Shown one piece after another: positions 54,481 through 64,000 of a DNA stretch of 64,000 nucleotides. Location of the stretch: the IMG/VR virus record IMGVR_UViG_3300029705_006930, one strand, 5' to 3'. How positions within the stretch are numbered: the stretch's first letter is position 1; every line of letters begins with the position of its first letter. The notes under the pieces are model-generated. The model was given only the letters and a program-made list of their open reading frames with translations, had not been told where the DNA came from and did not search any database. A program made the translations under genes and the position numbers. The stretch is from a virus (lineage: Duplodnaviria > Heunggongvirae > Uroviricota > Caudoviricetes).

Positions 54481-55373
54481 TGAAGAAAAACGGTTTTGTT
54501 GGTGGTGTTCTTGCCGCAGCAATTATTGTAATTGCGCTTTTAGGGATAATCACTTGTATTGAAAAAATTCCAACAGGGTACGTTGGCGTTGTATATAAAA
54601 TGTCCGGTGGTGTGCAGGACGAAATTCTCACACAGGGCTGGCATATTGTTTCTCCAACCAAAAAGGTTAAGGAATTTACTGTTGGTAATGAGCAGATTGT
54701 TATGACAAAAGACGAACGCGATGGCAGCAAAGGTGATGACAGCTTTGCTGTAGCTACAGCAGATAATGCAAATATTGATATTAGTTTTCAGATGTTATAC
54801 AGATATGATGCTCAAACAGTTGTGAATACATTTAAAGATTATAAAGGCATGAGCGGTGAAGATATTGTTAATAACCGAGTGCGTACATTACTTAAATCTA
54901 AAATTTCCGAAGTTACAACCGATTACACAATGATGGATATTTACTCTGGTGACAGAACGACAATCAATCAGGAAATCACAGAACATCTCAATGAAGAATT
55001 CCATCGTCAGTTTGGTATCAATGTTTTGGATGCTTCTATTGTTGATGTACATCCAAGCGAACAACTGCAGGACACAATTAACAAACGTGTAGATGCAATC
55101 CAGAAAAAACAGGAGGCAGAAGCAAATCAGGAACGTATTAAAGTAGAAAAAGAAACAGAACTTATTCAGGCAGAAGCAGATGCAAAAATTGCCGAAGCAA
55201 AAGCACAGGCAGAAGCACGAGTAATCGAAATTGAAGCACAGGCAGAAGCCGAAGCAAATCGTCTTATTGCACAGAGTATTACCCCAGAACTTATCGCTAT
55301 GAAAGAAGCCGAAGCTCGTCTTGTTCACGGCTGGGTGGAAATCACAGGCTCAGAAGCCGTAGTAGTTAAATAA
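54480..55373 (+). CDS. SPFH/band-7 (stomatin/prohibitin/flotillin-like) membrane protein
   Basis: N-terminal TM helix, SPFH core (GYVGVVYKMSGG...), C-terminal Ala/Glu coiled coil AEAKAQAEARVIEIEAQAEAEANRL. Confidence 0.6.
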   Translation: MKKNGFVGGVLAAAIIVIALLGIITCIEKIPTGYVGVVYKMSGGVQDEILTQGWHIVSPTKKVKEFTVGNEQIVMTKDERDGSKGDDSFAVATADNANIDISFQMLYRYDAQTVVNTFKDYKGMSGEDIVNNRVRTLLKSKISEVTTDYTMMDIYSGDRTTINQEITEHLNEEFHRQFGINVLDASIVDVHPSEQLQDTINKRVDAIQKKQEAEANQERIKVEKETELIQAEADAKIAEAKAQAEARVIEIEAQAEAEANRLIAQSITPELIAMKEAEARLVHGWVEITGSEAVVVK

Positions 55374-55426
55374 TAAATTGAATAACAATCTCCGCAGGGG
55401 AAACTCTGTGGAGAACAAGGATAACT

Positions 55427-56749
55427 ATGAGACAAATATTAAATATGAGAGAAACATTAACGCGAGTAAGTTTTTTATTTAAGACTATTGCGAGTACACC
55501 AAGGACAACTGAAAAGAAACGATTGTTGCGTTATATCAACAGCTCAGAACCAGAGAATGTATGTGAAATGTTTCTGTATACTTTACGATTTTTATTGGAT
55601 AACAATGTAACAACAGGTATCGATAAAAAGAAACTCAAAGCTCAAATTAATATGCCTGATATTAATTTTCCAATGAAATGGTCACATATGTTGGAATATA
55701 TCAAAGAAAACAATACAGGAAGGCATGAAGATATTCGCAGAGCACAGCTCTTTATCGAAGATAATCCCGAGAATGCGGAATTTATTGCTGATATTATAAC
55801 AAAATCATATAGGTTAGGACTGACAGCCAAAACAGTAAATGAAGTTTATGAAGATTTTATTCCTGTTTGGTCAGTACAGCAGGCATATCCTTTGGAAAAA
55901 TATCCGCTTAAGGACGGAGAATGGTTTTCTTTATCACAAAAGCTTAATGGGTTCCATGCCTCATATTACAAGGGTAAATTAATAAGCCGACAAGGAAAAG
56001 AAATCAAAGGTTGTAAGCACGTTATTAACGCAATAAACAACTTTAAACTTCAAGATTTCTTTATTGATGGCGAGCTTATCCGGCGTAATGATATTGAACC
56101 TCATCTCTCAGACGAAGAAAATTTTCGACAGACTGTTTCAATTGCGAATTCTGATTCTGACGACAAAACAGACCTGTGTTTTATTTATTATGATATCATT
56201 CCAGCTGATGATTTTGACAAAGGCAAATGTGAAATAACATATCGCCAACGTCTTAATGACATGCATAAATTAAACAGTATAATTCTGCAGACTCCATTTT
56301 ATAAAACGTTTCATATGGTGAAATGGTTTTATCACGGCAATGACCAAAAGAAAATTCAGTTTTGGCTTGATTATGCAAATGAAAATGATATGGAGGGTCT
56401 TATGTTAAATAAGGATACTGTATATCAATGCAAACGTAATTCAGGCATTTTAAAGGTAAAAAGTTGGAAACATTGTGACCTTAGAGTAACGGGCGTTGAA
56501 GAAGGCGATGGCAAATACAAAGGAACCCTTGGAAAACTGATTGTGGACTATAAAGGAAATACTTTGGGATTAAGTGGAATGAGCGATGAGGAACGTTATA
56601 TATTTTGGAATAATCCACAGGACATAGTTGGGAAGATTGTGCTCGTTAAATATAAACAGGAAACAAAAGACAAAACAGGTAAACGTAGTTTGCAGTTCGC
56701 AACCTACCAAGGTGTTAGAACTGATAAAGATGAAGTCAGCTACAATTAA
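55427..56749 (+). CDS. ATP-dependent DNA ligase
   Basis: Motif I KLNGFHA; III FFIDGELI; IIIa FIYYDII; IV EGLMLNK; V ILKVK. Confidence 0.7.
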   Translation: MRQILNMRETLTRVSFLFKTIASTPRTTEKKRLLRYINSSEPENVCEMFLYTLRFLLDNNVTTGIDKKKLKAQINMPDINFPMKWSHMLEYIKENNTGRHEDIRRAQLFIEDNPENAEFIADIITKSYRLGLTAKTVNEVYEDFIPVWSVQQAYPLEKYPLKDGEWFSLSQKLNGFHASYYKGKLISRQGKEIKGCKHVINAINNFKLQDFFIDGELIRRNDIEPHLSDEENFRQTVSIANSDSDDKTDLCFIYYDIIPADDFDKGKCEITYRQRLNDMHKLNSIILQTPFYKTFHMVKWFYHGNDQKKIQFWLDYANENDMEGLMLNKDTVYQCKRNSGILKVKSWKHCDLRVTGVEEGDGKYKGTLGKLIVDYKGNTLGLSGMSDEERYIFWNNPQDIVGKIVLVKYKQETKDKTGKRSLQFATYQGVRTDKDEVSYN

Positions 56750-56765
56750 TAGATGGGGGAATAAA

Positions 56766-58065
56766 ATGAACGTAAAAGATTGGCTTGGAGAAGAAAATCA
56801 GCTCGGCATTGATATTGCTACAAAAAAATATATTAAAAACGAATCCTTTGATGAATTTATCGGAAGAATTTCAAATAATAATCCAGAAATTAAAAGAATT
56901 ATTTTAGAAAAGAAATATCTGCATGGTGGCAGAACACTCAGTAACTACAATACGGGTAATGGTGCATCCACATCCAACTGTTATTCAAGTGGTTACTGCC
57001 CGGATGATACAGCAGGTATTCTGGAGCTAAATAAAAATATAGGTCTTACATATAAAGCACAGGGTGGGCAGGGTTTATCTCTGAGTAAAATCCGTCCAAA
57101 GGGCTGTAAAATCAGCAAAGGTGGATATGAAACTGATGGCATCATTCCATTTATGCAGATGTTTGATACTACAACAGCAAGTATTTCACAGGGCGGTTCA
57201 AGAAAAGGAGCTCTGATGATGTCTCTTGACTGCTGGCATAAAGAGGTTAAAGATTTTATCACAATCAAAACCGATACAAATCTTATTACAAAAGCAAATC
57301 TGTCAGTTGAAATTGACGATGAATTTATGACCTGTGTCAGAAAATATTATGATGAAGGCTTGGTATTTGAAAAACAAGTAAACTTTACTTATGATGGCGG
57401 TGAAACCAGATATATGGTGAAACCTATTGAAGTATATCAGCTGATTTGTAAAACGGCTCATGAATATGCTGAGCCAGGCATTATCTATACTGAGCAGTTT
57501 CGCAACTATAATTTAATGCAGTACGATGATGAATATCAGATTGTAACTGGTAACCCATGTGGAGAACAGCCTTTGCCACAGAATGGGGCGTGCAATCTGG
57601 GCAGTATTAACCTTGCAGAATTTGTAAAACACCCATATTCATCAGAATCAGAGTTTGATTTTGTAGATTTCCGCAATACAGTAGAAATTGCAATCAGAGC
57701 ATTGGATGACGTACTGGATTATGGTGCTGAACTTCATGCTTTGCCAGAACAGAGAGAAATGGCAAAGAATTATCGCAATATAGGTCTTGGCATTATGGGC
57801 CTTGCTTCAATGCTTTTTAAGATGGGCATTAAATATGGCAGTGATGAATCTCTCCATCTTGTAGATACCATTGGCTATACAATGTTTAGAACTGCTTTGG
57901 AGACATCTACTGAGCTCGCAAAAGAAAAAGGAACTTTCCCAAAATATAAAGATGTTGTTTTTGATGCAGAAATTATTAAGGCACATTTTAATGCAGACGA
58001 AATCGCAGAGCTCCGCAAATATGGTCTTCGCAACTGCTCATTGCTTTCAATCGCTCCAAGTGGGT
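56766..58065 (+). CDS. ribonucleotide reductase catalytic subunit, exon 1 (likely class II-like; no NrdB seen)
   Basis: GATGGGGGA RBS; NPCGEQPLPQNGACNLGS active-site Cys/Glu loop. Reading frame ends in the conserved SIAPSG segment, 18 nt before the in-frame stop. Confidence 0.6.
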
Positions 58066-59266
58066 TGACTAACTGGCTCACATAAAACATTTTTAATTGC
58101 TGGAACATCCTTAGAGCTTCATAAACTACAACATAATGATGAAATATACATAAGTGTGAATGTTTGAAAATTATGAAGATTGGATAATCAGCAGCGAAGC
58201 TCTGAATAGGAGAACGTTCAACGACTATCCCTTAATGGGAGTACACTGCAAGTGATTGGCAGTGGAAATAAAATGTACTAATTATTTATAAACTTAGGTA
58301 AAAGTAATAATAGAATTAAAAAATATAACATATGACGACATATATAATTTATATATAACACAACAAAAATCACAGCGACAAGTAGCAAACATACTTCACA
58401 TTGGGCAAACATCGGTTAGAAGGTTGTTACAAAAATATAATATTCCATCTAGGACTTCAGAAGAAAGCAAACAAACTCCAGATTTCATTGCTCGTCAAGC
58501 AGAACTTGCTCATAGATATCAAAATGAGTATAGAAAAATAATTGTCAAACAGTGTAAATGGTGTGGAAAAGATTTCGAAGTAGATGGTGAACATAAAAGA
58601 AAAAAATATTGCTCCCCAGAATGTGTTTCTATGTCTCAAAAATCTAAAACCAAAACACAATTTTGCCAGCGTTGTGGTAAAGAAATAAAAATATCATCTG
58701 GAAGACATTATAAAAGAATCTATTGTGATGAATGTAATGTTGTTGGCAGAAGTGAAAAGCAAATTAATAAGATACAAACTACTTGTGGATATTGTGATGC
58801 AAAAATCGAAGTAATTCCAAGTGTATATAAGGCAAATCGTTTTTGTTATTGCGATATGAATTGCATGGCTAAGCATTACGCAGAAATATATAGCGGGGAA
58901 AATAATCCCTCTTGGAAAGGTGGAAAATCACATCATTACACAGGTGGGTTTTATAATGCTCGGCAAAAGGCAAGAGAAAGAGATAAATATACTTGTCAAA
59001 TATGTGGAATTACGGAAACTGACTTTGGTCAACAAATGAGTGTGCACCATATCAAAAATTATAGATTATTTGAAGATAAGGCTGAAGCAAATAAACTTGA
59101 TAATTTAATATGTCTATGTGAACCTTGTCACCGATTTGTACATTCGAACAATAATAAAGAAGGATTGTTTATAAATAATTAGTAAAGATATAGTCTCAAC
59201 TTATATGAAAATATAAGCAGCCAGAAGATGGCGGCGATGGTGTAGCGAACCATCGCGAAGACATTG
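58066..59266 (+). mobile_element. group I intron with embedded HNH homing endonuclease
   Basis: Canonical R element GTTCAACGACTA (58215-58226) and S element AAGATATAGTC (59185-59195). 5' exon ends in T, intron ends in G. Splicing restores the conserved ...SIAPSGSIGTMLNVTTGCEPAF. Boundaries +/- a few nt. Confidence 0.6.
58424..59182 (+). CDS. HNH homing endonuclease (intron-encoded)
   Basis: C-terminal CQICG...HHIKNY...NLICLCEPCHRFVH HNH motif plus several CxxC pairs. TTG start in track; in-frame upstream sequence encodes an HTH (SQRQVANILHIGQTSVRRL) with no ATG. Confidence 0.6.
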   Translation: MLQKYNIPSRTSEESKQTPDFIARQAELAHRYQNEYRKIIVKQCKWCGKDFEVDGEHKRKKYCSPECVSMSQKSKTKTQFCQRCGKEIKISSGRHYKRIYCDECNVVGRSEKQINKIQTTCGYCDAKIEVIPSVYKANRFCYCDMNCMAKHYAEIYSGENNPSWKGGKSHHYTGGFYNARQKARERDKYTCQICGITETDFGQQMSVHHIKNYRLFEDKAEANKLDNLICLCEPCHRFVHSNNNKEGLFINN

Positions 59267-60246
59267 CAATTGGCACAATGCTCAATGTGACAACAGGATG
59301 TGAACCTGCATTTAGATTGTCATATAAACGTAAAACAGAAAGCTTACATAAAGATAAAGAAGTTTATTACGATGTATTTCTTCCGGAAATAGAAGAATTT
59401 AAACGTCTTTACCCAAACAAAGAATTGCCAGAGTACTTTGTATCAAGTGAAAATATTTGCTGGGCAGACCGAGTAAAAATGCAGTCAGTATTGCAGGAAC
59501 ATATTGATACAGCTATTTCATCAACAGTAAATCTGCCAAATTCAGCAACAATTGAAGATGTTGAAGACCTGTATTTGTATGCTTGGGAACAAGGTCTTAA
59601 GGGTATTACAATCTACCGTGATGGCTGTGCAAGAACTGGTATTCTCACAACAGATAAAACTGGTAAAAAAGAATCACCTGAAACATCGGAAAAGATAATA
59701 TCAGCTGAATTGCCAAGAGGCTACATTATGGATGTAAGTGACGACCTTATTGGTTATAAACGTAAACTTAATACAGGTTGTGGTTCAATTCATATGGAAG
59801 TATATTTCGATGAAATATCTGGTGAACCACAAGAAACCTTTGTCAACATTGGCTCTAGCGGCGGCTGTGAACGTAATTATCAACTCATCTCACGCCTTAT
59901 ATCTCTTGCATTAAGAGGTGGTGTTCCAATTGAATCTATCATTGACCAAACAATGAGTATTCGCCCTTGCACAGCTTATATCAACAGAACAAAAGCAAAA
60001 GGGGATACTTCAAAGGGAACTTCTTGCCCGAGCGCCATAGGCTATGCTTTACAAGAATTACAAAAGAAAATTAATGATAGGTGTTTTGGTTGCGAAGAAG
60101 AAATTGCAGAATCAGAATGCAATTGTAATATAGAAGACAAAGCAAGAATAAGTACATATACACCTTGTCCAGAATGTTCATCCCAATTGCAATTTGAAGG
60201 TGGTTGTATTATCTGTAAAAATTGTGGGTGGTCAAAATGCGATTAA
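59267..60246 (+). CDS. ribonucleotide reductase catalytic subunit, exon 2
   Basis: SSTVNLPNSATIEDVEDLYLYAWEQGLKGITIYRDGC conserved RNR C-terminal region; C-terminal Cys cluster CPECS...CKNCGW. Confidence 0.6.
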
Positions 60247-60773
60247 AGCAATGTAAAAAATGTAAACAAGAACTACCTACTTCTATGTTCTATAAAAGTT
60301 CTTACACAAAAGATGGATTTAGAGATTATTGTAAAGAATGTTGTAAACAAAACAATAAAAATTATTATGTAAAACATAGAACAGAGATAATTGAAAGAAC
60401 TAAACAGTATGTTGACAACAATAAAGAAAAAATTAAAGAGTATCAGAATCAATATTCTTATGTACATAGAGATGATAGAAAAGAATATCAAAAAATATTA
60501 TTTGATGATAAAAGAGAATTTTTAAATTCTTTAAAATACCCTTGTGTAAAATGTGGAGAGGACAGGCCATGGATAATTGATTTTCATCATATAAATCCTA
60601 AAAATAAATGTTTTACGGTTGGAAATAAATATCGTGGAAATATAGAAGTAATACAAGCAGAAGTTGAAAAATGTATATGCTTATGTAGAAATTGTCATGC
60701 TGAATTTCATTGGATATATGGCGCTGTTCCAAAATATCCTGAATTAGCATTAAATGAATATTTAGCGCAATAA
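60237..60773 (+). CDS. free-standing HNH endonuclease
   Basis: CVKCG...HHINPKNK...CLCRNCHAEFH HNH motif; overlaps the end of RNR exon 2. Confidence 0.55.
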   Translation: MRLKQCKKCKQELPTSMFYKSSYTKDGFRDYCKECCKQNNKNYYVKHRTEIIERTKQYVDNNKEKIKEYQNQYSYVHRDDRKEYQKILFDDKREFLNSLKYPCVKCGEDRPWIIDFHHINPKNKCFTVGNKYRGNIEVIQAEVEKCICLCRNCHAEFHWIYGAVPKYPELALNEYLAQ

Positions 60774-60819
60774 ACAATACAGAGGGCTGGGAACTCCAGC
60801 CCTCCCAAAAGGAGAAATA

Positions 60820-61197
60820 ATGTATATAGTTTTAGTATATATCGGCGTTTTCATTGTGATATGGAGTATTCTTTTCGTCATCTTGAAATTATGTGCTGAT
60901 ATTGATAAGCAATGGCGTATAAGCTATCCAGTCATTAATTTTAATATATTTATGAATGCATATACGTTAGCCTCTGAACAATGGGAACTAGATGAGCGTA
61001 CAGTAACCTTTTGGGATATGAGGTACTACGGAACATTTAGAACTACGTTCAAATTTAATTATTTGGATTATAGAAAATATAAAAAATGGAGAGAAACCTG
61101 TAAAACCGAAGAATGGAACAATAAACAGTATCAGGTTTTAGACCAGATTATTCAAAAATATAAGGAGAATAATAATGCATCAGCATATAAAGGTTAA
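60820..61197 (+). CDS. hypothetical membrane protein
   Basis: N-terminal TM helix [22 protein letters not shown]; AAAGGAGAAATAATG RBS. Confidence 0.45.
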   Translation: MYIVLVYIGVFIVIWSILFVILKLCADIDKQWRISYPVINFNIFMNAYTLASEQWELDERTVTFWDMRYYGTFRTTFKFNYLDYRKYKKWRETCKTEEWNNKQYQVLDQIIQKYKENNNASAYKG

Positions 61198-61609
61198 ATA
61201 CTTTACAGATAAAATTGATAATCTTGCAAGCATTAAAAAAGGTAATTGGATTGATTTGCGAGCAGCTGAGGATGTAGAACTGAAAGCTGGCGAATTTAAG
61301 CTTATTCCACTTGGTATTGCAATGCAGCTTCCAGAGGGCTACGAAGCACATATTGTCCCTCGCAGTTCTACATTTAAAAACTTTGGCATAATTCAGACAA
61401 ACCATTGTGGTATTATCGACAACTCATACTGCGGAGACAATGACCAGTGGCTTTTCCCTGCATATGCGTTGCGTGACACTGTAATTAAAACAAATGACCG
61501 TATTTGTCAGTTTCGTATAATGGAAATTCAGCCAGAAATTACTTTTGAAGAAATATCAGTACTGAGCGGCCCAAACCGTGGTGGATTCGGTTCAACAGGA
61601 ATTAATTAA
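61175..61609 (+). CDS. dut: dUTP diphosphatase (trimeric dUTPase)
   Basis: [24 protein letters not shown]; [10 protein letters not shown]; FRIMEI dUTPase motifs. Confidence 0.6.
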   Translation: MHQHIKVKYFTDKIDNLASIKKGNWIDLRAAEDVELKAGEFKLIPLGIAMQLPEGYEAHIVPRSSTFKNFGIIQTNHCGIIDNSYCGDNDQWLFPAYALRDTVIKTNDRICQFRIMEIQPEITFEEISVLSGPNRGGFGSTGIN

Positions 61610-61620
61610 GGAGAAAGAAT

Positions 61621-62118
61621 ATGAGTGTTGTAGCCGCAAAAGTTTATCCCGATAAGGTTGTTATCGCAGCTGACTCTATTATGATAAAAGGCTGGTCAAA
61701 ACGCAATACAAATGTGACAAAATTAGCAGAAATCAATGAAATGATTATTGGTGGTGTGGGCACCGCACAGGAAGACAGTTTGATGTGGCACTATATGCGC
61801 ACCCATAAACCACTATCCGCGACCGAAAAAGATATCCTTGCCTTTATTATTGAATTCTCTCAGTGGAAAAATACTATGATAGGGAACAGCAATATTGAAA
61901 ATGAATATTTGCTAATTTTCCAAGGACATTTATTCCAGATTGATAATATGTTTGTAAATGAAATAACAGACTATTCAGCAATTGGTGCAGGTGAAGACTA
62001 TGCGTTGGCAGCACTTTACCTTGGGCATACCCCTAAAGAGGCCACAAAAGTTGCCTGTGAATTGTCTTGTTATGTTTGTGAACCTATTATTGAATATGAA
62101 ATGAAAAAGGAAAAATAA
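61621..62118 (+). CDS. HslV/proteasome beta-like Ntn-hydrolase candidate
   Basis: N-terminus (M)SVVAAKVYPDKVVIAADS resembles HslV TTIVSVRRNGHVVIAGDG; GGVGTAQEDS resembles the GSTADA motif; tentative. Confidence 0.3.
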   Translation: MSVVAAKVYPDKVVIAADSIMIKGWSKRNTNVTKLAEINEMIIGGVGTAQEDSLMWHYMRTHKPLSATEKDILAFIIEFSQWKNTMIGNSNIENEYLLIFQGHLFQIDNMFVNEITDYSAIGAGEDYALAALYLGHTPKEATKVACELSCYVCEPIIEYEMKKEK

Positions 62119-62204
62119 AATAATTACTGCAAAAAAATATATGTCCGTGAACTTTGTTTGGTGAACACGAGGCTCCCTTTATTCACCTTCATATGATTTA
62201 GCAA

Positions 62205-62232
62205 TAGAGCCGTCAGATAAGCGGCGGCTCTA
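62205..62232. promoter_or_regulatory. AGAGCCG-TCAGATAAGCGG-CGGCTCT hairpin in the gap upstream of serine recombinase (possible att or terminator element)
   Basis: 7-bp perfect stem; preceded by GTGAACTTTGTTTGGTGAACAC partial inverted repeat. Confidence 0.25.
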
Positions 62233-62267
62233 TAATATAATACATTATTATACAAGGAGGTATTTTT

Positions 62268-62411
62268 ATAGGAGAAGATTTTAATTATACATATCAAAAT
62301 AATTACACACTTGTTACTTTTGACGATGAAACTAATTTACATATCATTTTAAAATTTACCGATGACTCCAACGATATGTTCGACATGTTTGTCGAGGAGC
62401 TTATATCATAG
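62268..62411 (+). CDS. small ORF carrying the family C-terminal motif (...NDMFDMFVEELIS), apparent non-ATG (ATA) start
   Basis: Perfect AAGGAGG 7 nt upstream of ATA at 62268. In-frame ORF open from 62241 to TAG at 62409-62411. Only in-frame ATG is 11 codons from the end. Confidence 0.3.
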   Translation: MGEDFNYTYQNNYTLVTFDDETNLHIILKFTDDSNDMFDMFVEELIS

Positions 62412-62419
62412 GAGGCTAT

Positions 62420-64000
62420 ATGAAAAGAGTTGCATGTTTATATCGTGTTTCAACAAAAGGACAAGTTGATAAAGATGACATTCCTATGCAGCGTAAAGAA
62501 TGCAGTGAATTTATTAAAAAACAGGGATGGCAATTAGTCAATGAATATTATGAAAAAGGTGTCAGTGGCTATAAAAAATCAGCAGACCAACGTGATGTAT
62601 TGCAAACAATCAAGAATGATGCTTTAAATAATCAGTTTGACATTCTGCTTGTCTATATGTTTGACAGATTAGGACGACGCGAAGATGAAACTCCATTTAT
62701 TCTTGAATGGTTTACAAAACAAGGTATAGAAATGTGGAGTGTTAAAGAAGGCCAACAGTCCTTTTCACAACATATTGATAAATTACTTAACTACATACGT
62801 TTCTGGCAAGCCAGCGGTGAAAGTCATAAGACTTCTATGCGTGTTGATAGTAGCCATAGGCAAATGGCTGAAGAAGGCAAATTTAGAGGCGGCGATGCAC
62901 CATATGGATATATGCTTGTAAAAACAGGTGTATTCAATAAAAAGAAAAAAGAATTATTAAAATTAGTCATCAATACCATTGAGGCCCCTATTGTGCAGCT
63001 TATATATAAGTTAGCTTTGGAGGGATATGGTCAAACAAAAATAGCCAAATATTTAAATGAGCACGGCATAAAAACTCGAAACAATAAAATGTGGAATAGT
63101 GGTACAATTGGTTATATCCTAAAAAATCCAATTTATAAAGGTTATCCTGCATATAGAAAGAAAACAGGACAAGGAGAGGGAGTTCATAATTTGCCAAGTT
63201 CAGAATGGATATTATCTTCGGCACAGCAAATTGAGCTTGTTATAATTTCAGAGAATGATTGGGATAGAGTGCAGGAATTACGTACACAACATCATAATTC
63301 TCCTAATCATAACACAATCACAAATTCACCATTATTATTAGTTGGGTTGACTTACTGTGGATGCTGTAAAAGTCCATTGACTACCACTTATTCATATAAG
63401 TACAATAAAGATAAAACAAAGGTATATCAGCGACCAAAATATCGTTGCTCTGGTAAGGCAAATGCAAAAGCACTCTGTGATGGACAAACCGTTTATAGCG
63501 CAGAGAAATATGAAAAAGCTGTTTTAAATCAGATTGATATTTATTTAAATAAAATCAAAAATACACCACAATCTCAACAAGATACAACAGCTAATGATTT
63601 TCAAAAAAATATTAAATCTCTCGAGCATAAATTAGCAAAAATCAATAATATGATAGAAATATTATCTGATGAAGTTGGTAATGCCTTGATAGGAGAAAGT
63701 CGATTTACACCAGAAGTTTTGGCAGAACAAATTAACAAAAAACAACAAGATAAAATTTTAATACAAAATGAACTTGACAAAATAAAACAAGAGGCAGATA
63801 ATTATAACCATGAACAAATCAATACACAGCAATTAAACCAAGTTATTCCAATCTGGAAAGAAAGGTTTGACGGATTTTCAACTGAAAAGAAAAAACGTTT
63901 ATTGCGTATCTTGATTTCACGCATTGAATTTAATAGAGATACAATTATTATAGATTTTAATACAACTATTCAATGCTTTTTAGATGCTATCACTGCATAA
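62420..64000 (+). CDS. large serine recombinase (phage integrase type), truncated at window end
   Basis: N-terminal resolvase catalytic domain AC(L)YRVSTKGQ with Ser nucleophile; recombinase domain; Cys-rich zinc-ribbon CGCCKSP...C; coiled-coil C-terminus. Confidence 0.7.
   Translation: MKRVACLYRVSTKGQVDKDDIPMQRKECSEFIKKQGWQLVNEYYEKGVSGYKKSADQRDVLQTIKNDALNNQFDILLVYMFDRLGRREDETPFILEWFTKQGIEMWSVKEGQQSFSQHIDKLLNYIRFWQASGESHKTSMRVDSSHRQMAEEGKFRGGDAPYGYMLVKTGVFNKKKKELLKLVINTIEAPIVQLIYKLALEGYGQTKIAKYLNEHGIKTRNNKMWNSGTIGYILKNPIYKGYPAYRKKTGQGEGVHNLPSSEWILSSAQQIELVIISENDWDRVQELRTQHHNSPNHNTITNSPLLLVGLTYCGCCKSPLTTTYSYKYNKDKTKVYQRPKYRCSGKANAKALCDGQTVYSAEKYEKAVLNQIDIYLNKIKNTPQSQQDTTANDFQKNIKSLEHKLAKINNMIEILSDEVGNALIGESRFTPEVLAEQINKKQQDKILIQNELDKIKQEADNYNHEQINTQQLNQVIPIWKERFDGFSTEKKKRLLRILISRIEFNRDTIIIDFNTTIQCFLDAITA

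Overview
This 64-kb window is AT-rich and gene-dense, and reads as a temperate phage or prophage (possibly phage-plasmid-like) genome segment from a low-GC Gram-positive host. More than 95% of credible genes are on the + strand, with tight or overlapping junctions and strong AGGAGG-type ribosome-binding sites.

Left edge, minus strand:
- A ligase-like protein that has lost the motif I lysine.
- A Rep-like DNA-binding protein, followed by three iteron-like 15-bp repeats.
- A tyrosine recombinase.
- A G+T-skewed repeat region, then a divergent promoter/operator region.

From the promoter region rightward, on the + strand:
1. A sigma-70 region-4-like regulator, an XRE repressor-like HTH protein, and many small early-type ORFs.
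2. A candidate ubiquitin-like conjugation cassette: a beta-grasp Ubl, a 466-aa unknown protein, a JAB/MPN peptidase and a ThiF/MoeB E1, in PRTRC-like order.
3. Immediately after the cassette, a retron/DGR/UG-type reverse transcriptase flanked by 3-4 homologous structured non-coding units.
4. About 20 small ORFs, then a striking tandem array of 13 small genes (24909-29763). Their bodies are unrelated, but they share a C-terminal motif of the form Y-E-x-D-F-E-E-L-M-(G-G). A weaker version of this tail is on the JAB protein, and one more member lies next to the right-hand serine recombinase.
5. Auxiliary metabolism genes: a metallophosphatase, FolD, ThyX, a dNMP kinase, a ribonucleotide reductase split by a group I intron that carries an HNH endonuclease, dUTPase, and an intact ATP-dependent ligase.
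6. A MazF/PemK-like toxin and a lytic transglycosylase that has an apparent frameshift.
7. A replication module: an SSB-like protein, an AAA ATPase, a DnaB-like helicase, an AP2-domain homing endonuclease, a primase, a Cas4-like nuclease, and a Pol III alpha gene split by a 248-nt gap that may be an intron. An ERCC4 nuclease follows.
8. An SPFH/band-7 protein and an HslV-like Ntn hydrolase.
9. A large serine recombinase, truncated at the window end.

No rRNA, tRNA or CRISPR array was recognised. No structural or packaging genes fall in this window. All coordinates taken from manual counting may be off by 1-2 nt; ORF-track coordinates were used wherever possible.
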